Shown in pieces: positions 63,381 to 64,000 of a stretch of DNA of 64,000 bases. The stretch is taken from assembly GCF_964188315.1 (NCBI RefSeq), contig NC_135656.1, positions 117,304,001 through 117,368,000 on the forward strand, in the 5' to 3' direction. Every line of letters begins with the position of its first letter. The stretch's first letter is position 1. The stretch is from Podarcis muralis (taxonomy: Eukaryota). A program made the position numbers and the translations under genes. The notes beneath the pieces were generated by a model, which searched no databases, was not told where the DNA came from, and worked only from the letters and a program-made list of their open reading frames with translations.

Positions 63381-63891
63381 GTAAGCATCTTTCGCTGTAG
63401 CATATTGTCCCCATATTGTCTTGCTATTGTTTAGCGCCCTGGGCTTCTTTGGGAGGAATTTTTCAAAATTTCAGAAACAATTTTCCTGCATTGCAGGGGG
63501 TTGGACTAGATGACCATTGGGTCCTTTCCAAAGTTACAATTCTATGATGATGGTGATACAGTAAGATTTTCCAATAAAATGCTGCCCCTAACAGAATTGA
63601 GAAAAGATTAGAGATGCAAAAATGAGGGGAAGCAGGGAATTCCCCCTCCCTAGTTGTTTCTCAGTCCTTCGCATCTTCTTGTCTCCTTGGGTGAACGACT
63701 CCTGGGTCTCCACAACAAGAAACGTGTGGTTTTGTTCTGTTGTTTGTTTCTCCAGCAACTGGTGTTCAGAGATAGACTACTTTGGAACATGAAGGTTCCA
63801 TTTAGCCTTTCTAAGAAAAGCCCTGCTGGTCAGGGCAGCATACTGTCTTTTCCAGGTTCCATTTTTAACAAGCTTCTGTTTTTTATTCCAG

Positions 63892-64000
63892 CAGGCGATG
63901 GCTGGGAGAGCGAGGAAGAAAGGCACTCATTTGAGGTGCCGTTGGAAAGAATAAAGCCTCGAGACCCAGAAGAGCGCTTTGGGGATCAAGACGGGACGAG
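63892..64000 (+). CDS. Gene E terminal (presumed ZNF) exon, 5' part; NAGNAG acceptor
   Basis: ttttattccag|cag|GCGAT. Reads (A)GDGWESEEERHSFEVPLERIKPRDPEERFGDQDG, similar to the start of the A1/A2 ZNF exons. The fingers would lie beyond the window. Confidence 0.75.

Overview
Squamate genomic DNA, most likely a lacertid lizard judging from the Sauria SINE, Squam3-like SINE, L2, BovB and Tigger MITE repertoire. The window holds a cluster of SCAN/KRAB/C2H2 zinc-finger genes in dense transposon sequence, with two assembly gaps. All gene models below were built by hand from splice sites and reading phase, with no transcript evidence. A1 and A2 (minus strand) are ~8 kb tandem duplicates, each with a frameshifted KRAB-A exon and a ZNF exon. 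B (minus) is a SCAN exon with one orphan finger. C (minus) is SCAN, a short KRAB-like exon, a duplicated 483-bp two-finger exon and a terminal ZNF exon. D (minus) is SCAN, a KRAB-like exon and an 8-finger exon, preceded by an intact Tigger/pogo transposase ORF. That ORF ends at a canonical splice donor in phase with the SCAN exon, predicting a ~1224-aa transposase-SCAN-ZNF fusion. E (plus) is SCAN, a KRAB-like exon and the start of a ZNF exon. Other highlights are KRAB-derived exons in which the VMxE motif has become a psi-K-x-E SUMO consensus in three genes, and a type I hammerhead ribozyme motif in a Penelope-like remnant.
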